This document shows positions 39,834 through 52,500 of a stretch of 64,000 nucleotides of DNA, piece after piece. The stretch spans positions 7,936,001 through 8,000,000 of the forward strand of contig CP075497.1 in assembly GCA_021613535.1 (NCBI GenBank). The letters run 5' to 3'. The notes under the pieces are model-generated. The model saw only the letters and a list, made by a program, of their open reading frames with translations. It was not told the DNA's origin and made no database searches. Both the position numbers and the translations under genes were made by a program. Source of the stretch: Adineta vaga. Taxonomy: Eukaryota > Animalia > Rotifera. The first letter of the stretch is position 1, and each line of letters opens with the position of its first letter.

Positions 39834-40760
39834 ATGATTATTAAACGGATATTTGAAGGCTTTACTGTTCTTTTTTGTTCATCAAGTTTTCTTATATCTT
39901 TCGCCATTCTTATTCTCATCGTCACTCGTGTTCGACCATTCATCTCTGATGTTTCCATTCTTCTCACATGTAATACTTATGTCACTCTCATCGGATCCAG
40001 TTTCATGACACTTCTCGGCATGATCTATGCCATTTATGGTGGTATCAATCAACCTCTTTCTTTCGATGATTATGCTTGTCAACTGCGATCATATGTTAAC
40101 TATGTCTTCATTACCGGATTCTATTATTCATGTGCAATTCAAGCCGCATTTCGATTTTCACGTGTAGTATTTGCCAAATATCGAATCCTTCAGTCTCATC
40201 GTATGTTCGCATTTGTAGTCATCATTCAATGGTTGATTCCTATCTTTTATATTCTTGCTTACCTTCTCGGACACGATTTTGAATATCACAGTGACATATA
40301 TGGTTGTTGGCTGTCATTCAAAAATATTCGTGCACTATCGATAGCAATGACATTTGTGTATGGAACACCTCTGATTATCATGGGTTCAATATATGCACGC
40401 CTTATTTGCTATGTTCGACAAACAGGTCAAAATCAACAAATACGTCAAAACTCGAATAAGCGCGATTTGTTGATTGTGAAACGTATCATCGTTCTAGTTT
40501 TGATCGCGATGGGCATTGGTATTCCAACAGCATTTCTGTTGATAATATATATGATTACAGGTGAATTGACATCGTTAGCATATCATATTCAAGCATTGAG
40601 TTTAACAGCTGGTCTCGTTGTTGACTCGATTGTATTAGCACTTATTACACCACAAGTACGAAATCTTCTTAAAATACGTAAACATCGAGTTACTCCCGTT
40701 GATGATGCTACATTTCGTCCACAAGCAGCATTACGTACAGGGATTGTTCTAGGTAATTGA
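39834..40760 (+). CDS. Intronless orphan 7TM receptor G4
   Basis: 308 aa, 7TM; LTCNTY, ACQLRSY, QAAFR, GCW, NKRDLLIVKR. Confidence 0.85.
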   Translation: MIIKRIFEGFTVLFCSSSFLISFAILILIVTRVRPFISDVSILLTCNTYVTLIGSSFMTLLGMIYAIYGGINQPLSFDDYACQLRSYVNYVFITGFYYSCAIQAAFRFSRVVFAKYRILQSHRMFAFVVIIQWLIPIFYILAYLLGHDFEYHSDIYGCWLSFKNIRALSIAMTFVYGTPLIIMGSIYARLICYVRQTGQNQQIRQNSNKRDLLIVKRIIVLVLIAMGIGIPTAFLLIIYMITGELTSLAYHIQALSLTAGLVVDSIVLALITPQVRNLLKIRKHRVTPVDDATFRPQAALRTGIVLGN

Positions 40761-42409
40761 TGAAACTCATAGTCTATGCGACATATACACAATAAGCATC
40801 TGTATCTTTGATGTTATTATACCTTTCGTCATTTTTCATTAAATACATCTATTTTTCACTTAGATTAAGATAGAAACCATGAAAAATAAATCCATTTCAC
40901 GTATGATTAACATCATTAGCTGATTTAAATGTAGATACTCTTGCACATTCGTTATACTCTCATTTGTTCTATGACCCAAATATTTAATATAAAATGTTTA
41001 GGAAAAATACGAGTTGACACATAGGCAATACAAAAATTCATCGATAATTTACACTCCATCAGTCTGTCATGTTATTGATAGTAAAATAAAACCATTAGTA
41101 ATTTAATGAACATTATGTATACATGACAGTACATGCATAAAATGGATGTGTTCTCAAGTGAATAGAAAAGACCAACACCTTAATACATGATATATTTATC
41201 ATAAGAGATATTTTTATTTATTTTATCGTAATTTCAATAACTGTATAAAAATGTATCTGAATAGTAACACACATTTGGGCATATAATCTATATTGTAAAG
41301 ATGGTCTTATTTTGTCGCAAAACGGAAACATTCTTTTCTGTATAGGATTGCTCGTGTAACTCATTGCTGTATTATACTCAACAGTGAATTTCTCTTCTAA
41401 ATACGATATCTGAAAAAGGCTTTATGCTTTCGTTTAAACTTGTTATTTATTATTGTAGAATATCGAGGTACCAAATTATAATCAATAAATCATGCATGAA
41501 CACACCTGTTTTTCATTCGAGACTTTAGATCATTCCAAACTGATGCATAAATTTGAAAAAAACAACAACAATAATGATAGCATTTGGGAACCATAGTATT
41601 GATCTTCTATCATCTCATTATTACAATCAGATGAGCATGGCTAAATAGAAGAAAACATTACAAAGACAAAGTACTTGATATTCTTGATAATTTCTGCTTC
41701 AGAGATCGTTTTTATGACGCACACAGGTGATTTTGAGTAAACTAAATATAGATACAGTATTATATCTACACGGGGAACGCACTTTTATGATACAATCGTC
41801 TCCATTACTAACATAGATAATCTTTTATAAACTGTTTCCATTCCGTTGTAATTCATTATCAACTTTTATCATCCCATTCTCCGCTAATAAAAATAATGAA
41901 AAGAATTTTAGATAGCGCTTGAACAACTTCAGATATTTTATTATTAGAACAGCTAAATAGTATTGATATATTTACTCATCAAATAGTTCTCATTAGTGAA
42001 AAAAAAGATAATTAATCCATAGTTAAAAGAATAGCGAATCACTGTGTATAAATAATTCATTTCTCTAATTATCATTTTTATTCGTCATAGAATCATAATG
42101 GAAGAAAATGTCAGTTTTACTTTTAATCATTTGTTTTGAGAACAACCATTAGATTATTCTACCTATGCGAGAAATAAATAAATAATGAATGCTTTTATTT
42201 CTACAGTATTTATTCATTGCATTATGTAGGTTTTGAAAAACTAATTTAGACAATAAGTATATCAGCTACCGAATCTCACGAAATTTATTGAGATTTACTA
42301 TTTAACTATAAGTTATATTCTACAATTCAAACAGATTCTGTTAAAACATCTACATTGACAATCAGACGTTACCCTTTTTTAGATACGCAGTACAATAATT
42401 TCTACAACT

Positions 42410-43329
42410 ATGATTATTAAACGAGTGTTTGAAGGATTTACTGTTCTCTTTTGTTCATCAAGTTTTCTTATATCTTTCGCCATTCTTATTTTCATCGTCA
42501 CTCGTGTTCGACCATTCATCTCCGATGTTTCCATTCTTCTCACATGTAATACTTATGTCACTCTCATCGGATCCAGTTTTATGACACTTCTCATCATGAT
42601 CTATTCCGTTTATGGTGGTATCAATCAACCTCTTTCTTTCGATGATTATGCTTGTCAACTGCGATCATATGTTAACTATGTCTTCATTACGGGATTCTAC
42701 TATTCATGTGCAATTCAAGCCGCATTTCGATTTTCTCGTGTAGTATTTGCCAAATATCGAATCCTTCAGTCTCATCGTATGTTTGATTTGTAGTCATCAT
42801 TCAATGGTTGATTCCTATCTTTTATATTCTTGCTTACCTTCTTGGACACGATTTTGAATATCACAGTGACATATATAGTTGTTGGCTGTCATTCAAAAAT
42901 ATTCGTGCACTATCAATAGCAATGGCATTTGTGTATGGAACACCTCTGATTATCATGGGTTCAATATATGCTCTCATCATTCGTTATGTTCATCGTACGA
43001 ATAATATCCAACAAATACGTCAAAACTCGAATAAGCGCGATTTGTTGATTGTGAAACGTATCATCGTTCTAGTTTTGATCGCGATGGGAATTGGTATTCC
43101 AACAGCATTTCTGTTGATAATATATATGATTACGGGTGAATTGACATCGTTAGCATATCATATTCAAGCATTGAGTTTAACAGCTGGTCTCGTTATTGAA
43201 TCAATTGCTTTGGCAATTATCACGCCACAGGTACGAAAAATGTTCAGATTACCACAACAGATTGAACCTGTAATGACTGTTGCAACTGTACAAAGACGAA
43301 GATTAGATACTGCATGGATTCAAACTTGA
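42410..43329 (+). pseudogene. Orphan 7TM receptor G5, split by a 1-nt deletion near 42786
   Basis: ORFs 42410-42793 and 42808-43329 together match G4. G4 reads atg ttc gca ttt gta where G5 reads atg ttt g-a ttt gta. Confidence 0.75.
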
Positions 43330-43710
43330 ATTTTAAGCTTTATTAATCAATATTAAAATGTAGAAGCGAAGAGAGATATTCTACTAATTCAATATTTTAC
43401 TTTATACAATTTATATGATATATGCATGAACATCTTTGTTTCCATTCATTAGCTAAACAATATTATACTATATATGCAATAAAATAAAACTGTTCTTCAT
43501 TATTATTTATTCTCTAATATAGATATCTATCTTTTCGAAGTTTCATTCTCAAAACACCTACACTAGTCTATATCACGATTAAAACTTGTTTTTTCTATGT
43601 CATCAAAAACCATCTGTTTTCTATTCTCAACAGAATATAAGATGAAGATTAAAACACTTTCTTCTTTATCGATTCGAATATTTTCTTAAATCCTATTCCA
43701 TCATATCACC

Positions 43711-44313
43711 ATGCGATTTCTTATTGCTATTTGCTTATTATCCGTTGTTGCTGTCCAAATTAAAGGACAAGATGTTGATATCGGCGGTATAACATCAGCT
43801 CTCTTTAATAATCTTCTCAGTTCGGTTACATCCCAATGGGGTAATATGTCATCATCGGATATGGCCTCATTCATTGATAAATTCAATCAACCAGGTTAGA
43901 GAGAAAAACAAAATAGATCATAGTGAGTTATGTCCTTTTGTTCTAGGTGGTTTACATCATGTTTGGAGTGCTCTTGATTCGCATTGTAGTTCACATTTTG
44001 ATTGTGGACCAGAGGCTTGTTGTCTTCAACCAACTGTTCATGGCAAACGTGGTTTTACTGATGGACGTAAGTTTAATTTTCACTCAAAAACAAAATCAAT
44101 TTTATATTTTTTTTTTCTAAAGTTAATTTACACATGTCAAGTTATTGTTCACCATTGAAAAAAGATGGTCAAACATGTTCACTTTATCATAGTGGAGAAA
44201 CTAAATCAACATTTAGTTGTCCATGTGAAAAAGGATTCAGATGTGTTTCCGGTGGTTCATTTCAAATTCATCCATTGATTAGTATTCATAAAAATTCAGT
44301 TTGCAAAGTTTGA
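43711..44313 (+). CDS. Secreted 10-Cys prokineticin/astakine/colipase-fold peptide precursor (3 exons)
   Basis: Signal peptide MRFLIAICLLSVVAVQIKG; spliced domain CSSHFDCGPEACC...YCSPLKKDGQTC...FSCPCEKGFRC...VCKV*, giving the C-C-CC-C-C-CPC-C-C pattern. Confidence 0.8.
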
Positions 44314-46507
44314 GAAAATTTTCGAGAAACTAAATAAAAGAAAAGTGAACCAGTAATTTTGTTTTTATTAATAATTGCTCTGACAAAGAACGATTTCGAA
44401 ATAATTTCTTTCATCTTGGCAAAATTCTTTTGATATCATTTCAAAAGGAATTCTTCTTTTATTAGATAATATGATTTTTATCAGCGGTATATTGTTTTTA
44501 ATTGAATTGAACATTGTCAACAGGAGGTGAATCAAACTGATTGATAAAAAATGTAAAACATTTCAAGTATTGATTGTTTGTTTTCGTACGAAAACGTAGA
44601 AGGAAAATTCTGATATTTGATTAAAAAGTAATTTTTACTGATATTCATTAATGCATCGGAAGAAAAAATACGTCAATCTAATTTAAAAATTTTTTTTTTT
44701 GTCATTGAATGCATTGAAGCGAAACACGATGTGACGTTAATGATATAGCATGGCACTGTTCTTGTTCTTGTTCGTCTTCGTTTTTGCTCTTCTCTTTCTG
44801 CAGTTTAATTTTCGTCTCTCGTTTCTCTTTTCGCCTATTCTTCTTCTCCTTCTTCTTCTGCCGCTAGTTATAGTAAAATGGCAGTTGCTCTTCCAAAAAC
44901 GACCTCCACGTGAGAGAGAATGTCGTGGCAGAGAGAACACAGAACAGCAGTAGTCACAGTCCATTCTATCATATAACATCATCTAGATTCTTACACAACA
45001 TAACGAACGAAACGAAATCGAAATTGTGTCGTCATATTATTTTTTTTTCTTTCCATCTATCATTATTGTCAAGTATGTTGTATTTGATAAATTCTTTTCT
45101 TATATTTGAATTTCATTAGTATTTTTTGTCTTCATTATTGTTGTTTTTTTCTATATGAATCAAGTATGTGTGAGATATTCTGGTGCTGCACTTTTCACCA
45201 GTGAATAGATAAGACAAGACTGATTATCAGTCTAGAATATCGAACTATTTTCCTATGTCAACAAAGAATAAGTTCCATTGAAATAAATTAGTAGTTCGTT
45301 AAAATTCGATAATGATAATCTTTTAGTTATTCGTTCGAGAGAAGAATGATGAGAGGTAGAGAGAGAGAAAAAGAAAAAGAAAAGGTAATCTTCTTTTTTT
45401 TATTTGTTTACTTTGTACATTTTCGTTTACAGACTAAATCTGAAAGTAAACATACGGAATGTTGTTTTCTGGAATTCGTGTCTTTCTTCTTCGGTATACA
45501 TGATGTTCACGTTGAAGAAGAATAAAAAGGAATAATCCCTTCCTTCATTTTCGTTCGCTCGCTCGCTTTCTCTCTGTGATAGCAGGCTTCTTCTATAATC
45601 TCTGACCTTTTTCACAGTCCTCTCTTCTTATTCGCTCCCGTTTTTTTGCGTGTCATCTTCTTTTTCTTTATTTTATTCATCTGCGCTTCCCAAGAACGTG
45701 TCTGTTAAGCGAAATGTCAAGCTTTAGAAGACAATCGTATATTGTAACATCGACAATGACGATACTGATCATCTGATGATGATTCTCCGTCTTCTTCTGT
45801 TTGTCATTTTCGTTCGTATGTCTTTCTTTCTTTCTCTTCTTCTTCTTCTTCGCCTAATTGTTGACACAATACAACGACAAAATTCCGAGTCAGAGAGAAA
45901 CGTACACATACATGTACTCTGAACATTGGCTTTGCTTCCTCCTACTATTATATCAATCTCCTCCTTTAAGTACAGCATCTCATTGTAAATCCTCTGAATG
46001 TGCAACAATGTTTCTTACAATAAAAGTATACGTCAGGGATTTTTTTCTTCGTCTCTCCCGTTCGTTTTACTTCGATGTACTGTTGTCATTCTAATCGCAA
46101 AGAATCAAATTGTATGTCTATGTATTTATGATGTTTGGCGGATGTATCTCTCTTGAAAATGAATGACTATTCTATCTTTATTTTAACCGTAGGATATATT
46201 CATAGTTGTTATCACACCTATCCGGGTTTTTTTTCATACACATATACATGTACGATTGGAGAAAATGCAAGGTGCTTATTTTCAATTCCACATGCACCAA
46301 TCCTATCGCATATATGCGCAGCACATTTATCTCTTTTTTCTTCTATGCTTACCCCCTCCCCCATCCTCTCTCTCTCCGTGTCTTTTTCATTACCGCCGAT
46401 CAGCCTGAAGCATCATCATATTGCCGCTATGCAAGAATAGACAAGGAAGAAAAATGGCAAACAAGAATAATGGATAGGTGTCATCACGATTTACGACGGA
46501 TCGGTTG

Positions 46508-49500
46508 ATGCGCGCGATGTTTTCGCAGTCAAACAGGTAAGTAAGAAAGAGAGGGAGAGATTGAGAGACAAGCAAAGAGAAGAAGAAGAAGAAGACGACG
46601 AAGAAGGAGAGCCAGCAACATAAGCGTACTATAATATTACTGGCAGTTGAGAAGAACGCGCTCATCCATGACGGTTGAATATGATAGTGATTGGTAGAAC
46701 TTTATCTTAGTACCTCCTATTCTTTCGATATTACCGTTGCTGGTGTGTGTCTGTCTGCGTGTCTGTCGTGTGAGTACATCGAAATAAAAAGAAAAAAAGA
46801 TGAGATATTACAATACAGTCACCGAAAATGGAGAGATAGAGACAGAAAGACAGAGAGAGAGAGAGTAAGTGACAGAACGAACGAACAAACGAAATGAATG
46901 TCCACTACATCACCCATTTGCTTCTTATTCTCATAATTATCTATCGGTGAACACGCATATACATAGAACAGCAGTGCAGATTTCTTTCTCATCAAAATGG
47001 ATTTTTTTGTCGTTCTTCTGATTTTGTATTCGATAGATTGAAAGGAAAGATAGAAACACAGTGAAATAAAGACAGAGATAGAGATTGATGCTTTCTCCTT
47101 TTTTTCTGTCATTTATTGTTTATCATTCTTCTTATTCATAGAATAGCACGAAAACGATAATGCTAGCAACTGATAATGTTACAGTAGCTGTCATTACTTC
47201 GTCATTTGACAGATAAGGTAAAACGTTGTGTGTGTGTGCAGTTGCTTTTCAAGTTTTTTTTTTATAGAATACAATCATAACAAGAAGACAACAACGACAA
47301 GAGAAGGATAATGATTCGAATGACTATTTTTTTCCCTTCATTTTTTAAGTATTGATTATACGAAAAGAGAACAATAAATAGATAACGAAAGTAAGTGTAT
47401 CTAAACGTCAGCTGCCGCCAGCAGAAATCAGAAAAGGTAAAAATCGAAGTCACTGATCCGTATCGGACCAATGTAGAGAAAGAGTTGGATTGTCGACATT
47501 CGTAAATACGACTGCTGATTTTTTCCTTTCGTTGTATTTTTTTTCCTTTGCGCCGTCTCCATAATCGATTGGTTTAATCTGTAACAAAAAATATACATAC
47601 GTATATTTATGGCATTGCTTCTTCTTTTTTCATTGGTTATCTTTGTAGAAATGAAGCATATATCTTCTTCATTTTAGTTCCACCCACATTTGAACGTGCT
47701 TGAAACGATTATATTTCATTTCCGGGTGAAAGTTTCTTTTCTATCACCTTTTCTTCTTCTGTTTTTATGTACACAAAATTTTCGTGTGTGCGTGATCTTT
47801 TCTTTTCCATTTAACCTTCCGAACAATATTATGTTCATTATTATCTTCATCGTCTTTTTTTTTTACTTATTCTAGACAACGATATAAAAATCATTATTTT
47901 GACAATATTAACAATCAATCGATGGATTATTTTCTCATCAATTCTGATGATATCAGGTAAAAAAACACAAAAATTTGAACGAATAGCTCTTGTTCACATT
48001 CAATGTTATTTACATGTCCTGTCTAAAGGGATTAGTTCCATTCTATATATACATAAGTCTCGGCATCATTCATCATCAGTAGTAGTACCAGTCCTAGGCG
48101 CTAATCCATCTATTTCATTTTATGTATACATGAGAAAGATCTGGTGTCATTTGAAATTGAACTAACATAAAGTAATTAATCGTATGTTGAAGACTAATAG
48201 AAAATGCATTTTCGGTTTTTTCTCTCTCACTCTCTCTCTTTCTTTCTCTGTTAAATTACCGATGCGTGTCCAACTGTATATATCCGATGAAAATGCCTTT
48301 CGGGGGCATTTTAGTTGATATTGGTTCTAGATAAAGAATGTCTCTTTTTCTCTTTCAACCATCTTCAATCAATGAACCATCATGTCTCTTCTCTTTACCT
48401 GTCGTTGATGACGCCCCTTTTCAAATCGCATGTGTACATATATATACATGCTGAAAAATGAATATAGACGAAAAGAAGAAGACGACGACGACGAAGAAGA
48501 AGAAGAAGATGAGATCGAACGATATAACAGAGTGATGGGAGAAAAGGACAGTATGGTCTAATGTCATGCCTGGTTGATGTCTAACTCGGTGAATTATCAT
48601 TTAATTCAATCGATCATTTCAATATATAAATGTGTCTAGTCTATCGATCTATGCCGTTGTTAATGAAGATAAAAATCTTTCTTTTGTATACGAAAATTTA
48701 AACCTATTCTGTGATAGAGTGAAGAATAAAAAAATAATCGTTTTGATCTTTGATGTTCAAGTGTAAGTTGAATAAACAAATCGAGAAGAAGAAGAAGAAA
48801 TATTTCAACAACACCTTTATTCATTTAGATTTTCTAGTTTGATGATTAACCAATATAAGATATGATATCAACAAATAATGATATGTAATGTTTTTCTATT
48901 GATTTCAGTGATTGTGAAGCAAAATCGGACAAATCAATCTCAAATAATAATGCCATAAATCTCACCTCTAAACCTATACAAAGTACTGGACGTAGTAGCC
49001 GGTAAGAAATATCATAAATAGAAATAAAATGATGATAATTTTATTCTATATTTAGACGAAAACAATTGGCGCCTCGTTCTCGACTTGTTCGTCAATGTGA
49101 TCTATGTGACTTTTCTTCCTCAAATATGAATGAATTTCGAGATCATATGAAATTCGAGCACGGTCACGAAGAAATATTTTTATGTGATACCTGTCGATAT
49201 TATTCTCTATCTTCTTATGATTTTCAATTACATTTAAATTCTCATCATCAAGATTCATCACAGAAGTAATATTAAACATCAATTGATTATTTTCTCTAGT
49301 ATATTTATATTCTTAATAATAGAAATCATCAGCAATCATCTTCATCATCAACACCACCACCGAAATCGAATCTTTTATTCCAACAACCTTCGAGTTCTAT
49401 GTTTGATGATAATATGGATGCAGACGATGATGATGATGATGATGAACATCGATTAAATATTGATGATTCCAAAGAACAAAATACAATGATTTTTGATCAT

Positions 49501-52500
49501 GATGAGCAGAGTTCTGAAGATGAACAGGTAAAAATTTGATTTGATTTTTGAAAAAAGATAGAACTTTTGTTTAATCGAAAGAGGGCGCACGTTCTCGGTG
49601 AGCTATGCTCTTTCAATTTAACTACAGAATGTTCGATATCGACTAATTTTTTCATGAAATTGAACGCCAAAATTTCCTTTATAAAGAAGGTATAGTTACA
49701 TATTATAAGAATCTGTATTTAAGTCATAAATATTAATTCTGAGTTTTGTGATATATAAATGAGATTGTATCATTAATACCAACAAAAAAAAAGGTATTTT
49801 TTTTAAAGTTTAACTGTCATTAAATCTCCATTGTGCAAATTCATTTTTTTCCTGTCCTGTAATGATCTTTTCATCGATCGATCAATCGATTGATCGTTCG
49901 TAATGCATAGCTTATCTATCAAATACTGACCTCGTACTAAAAAACAAATAATGATCTACTTTCAACAATTTAATTTTAAACGTCTGTTATATACAGTAGT
50001 TTCTAATCAGATAGAAGACATTTATATTCATTCTATTTCTCTTTTGATAGACATATGAAGAAAAATAAGATTTCATTTTTCTTTCAACTTCTGTTACAAA
50101 AATCGGATATTGAATTTCTATTCTTAACTTCATCTTAGGATTGAAGTTGACACTTGTTTTACCATAATACCACTTGAAAAATGATCGTTTGATCTTCCTT
50201 ATTTTCTTTTCTATCCAAACTTTATGATATAACTAATGAGATGACTAAATATTCAAATTCTCTGCTTTTTTTCATAGTACAGTCAGACAGTAACTGTGTA
50301 TATAAGAAGAAAATTTGCATCTACGGATTAAAGTTTCATTCTCGACATGTATGCAGCAGTAGTATTATTAATTACATGCGATTGACCTGTATAGTATGCC
50401 CTTTTTTTTCTTGACCATAAAAAAACGGATCATATTTATGATTGAGAATCGTGCCAACGTCAGAACAACAATTACACTTGACTAATCTGTGGAGTGAATT
50501 TTCAATTTTTCGCACCATAGAGAAAATCATTAATGATGTGTGAAACTTTCATCGGATAATAAAATGAGAAGAACAAATCAGTCTTATCATTTGTCTTATT
50601 TGAATGCAGATGTAGAAAGAAAGTATGTATGCTCCTTTTTCGATTAAAAAAAAGAGAACGATGATGATGATGATGATGATAAAAATAAAACATTTCGATT
50701 AAAACAAACATTCTCTAAATGTCTCTCCTCTTGTAGGAGAAGGAATATGAGAAGTTGCGCTCACGCATATAATTCTATTTTAGCTTTCGGAGTGTTATGT
50801 ATCATGACTGTATATTTTTTGTATTTCGATTTAGAGCTCATTTCCTGACGGTTAGAACAATCAGATATTTTTCTTTAGCCTTCTTTTTGTATAACGGTGA
50901 TATTATTCAGTTTTTCTTGTTTCCATATACTACTGACACTTGCTTGAAAGATCAGTTTCTCGGTCATGGTTATTGTTATTGGATGCTCATAAAATGTGAA
51001 AGAGAGAGAGAGAGATGGAGAGAAAAAGAGAAAATTTCTCTTGATGGCATTACTCTTTTTCTTTTTCAACCAATCATCATTCATTTCTCTCTCTTTCTTC
51101 TTATAGAATCCTTCTACTGGTTTAAATAAGAAACTTAATCTATCCGTTACTTCATCTCATTCACACACAACACATCAGAAGCAGCAGCAACAGCAACAAC
51201 AAATTTCATCCATTGTTTCTGATCGTAAACGTCCTTATAACGTTTCTGTTGATCCTGCTCGATATCGTCGTGTACCTGATCCTGATGATGCAAATTCAGG
51301 TATTATTATTTCATTTTATTACTTTCAGAAAAAAATTCTCTTCTCATCTCTTATAGTTAAATTTGCTTGTTCATTATGTGGTAATTTATATAAATGGAGA
51401 AAGAGTTTAAATAAACATTGGAAAGAAAAACATAACGAAGAAGAACCACCGCCTCTTGACGCACCTGTTACCATTCGACCATCGAAATTATCTCAATCAA
51501 AAACTTTGAATTCAGTTCCCGCAGAAATGTTACCAAAAATGATGAATACTAATTCATCTCAACAGCATCCTGCTTTTCCTTTTAATCCTTATACTTGGTT
51601 TAAATTAGCGACAACTATACCAACAAATCCATCTACTGATCAATCACCATTAGATCTTCGAATTAAATCAACGGAGAATCCGGAAAGTGATGAAGATGAT
51701 GGAAGAGAAAGTTCGGATGATGCATCATCATCTAGTCCACAAAATACGTATGGACAAAAGATCTTTATTTGTTCCATATGTGATCAACGATTCCTATCAG
51801 TTGAAATGGTTAATGAACATTTTGCAAAAAATCATTTAAGTGAATTAGAAAATGAAATTGCTGGTAAATTACCACCAAGAAATACGAATGTTGCTCAACA
51901 AAATGAAGAATGGAATCTAAGTGATCCTGTCAATCCATTAAAATGTATCCAATGTGATTTTGTTGGTCGATGGCCAACAGAACTTCAAAAACATGCAGCA
52001 TCACATTCAACCTCAAGACCATTTAAATGTCTTGTTTGTTCTTTAACTTATAAATGGCGTTGGGATTTAGCTAAACATTGGGATCGTGCTCATGCCAGTG
52101 GCGTCAAAGGCGCAACTTTAATTAATCCATATAAAAAACGTGATCGTGATCAAGCACGATCAATGATGGATATTCCAACGAATTTATCTGCTAAATCATC
52201 CTCCAATGCTGATCGTCATTCGATCTCCTCATCAACATCAAATGAAAATCTAACCAAATTAAATTTCAATCAACATTCTGACGATGAGCAAAGTCAAAAT
52301 TCAATACTTTCTGATAATGAAGATGAACAAAATCAAATTAAACGACTTAAACAAGATGATAATAATCTTTTATTTCTTCCACCACCACCACCCTTATCAT
52401 CAGTACCTTCTTCATTATCACCATCAATGTATTTTCCATCGGCTTTCTTTCCACATCATCCAATGTTTTCATCATTTATTAATCCTTCTCTATTACTTCA

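Noticed and set aside
48290-48312. Hairpin AAAATGCCT-TTCGG-GGGCATTTT resembling an intrinsic terminator
   Set aside because: It is in a eukaryotic intron, has a short stem, and has no associated RNA gene.
49578-49613. GC-richer imperfect hairpin near a splice donor
   Set aside because: Too short and imperfect for a pre-miRNA, tRNA or snoRNA call.
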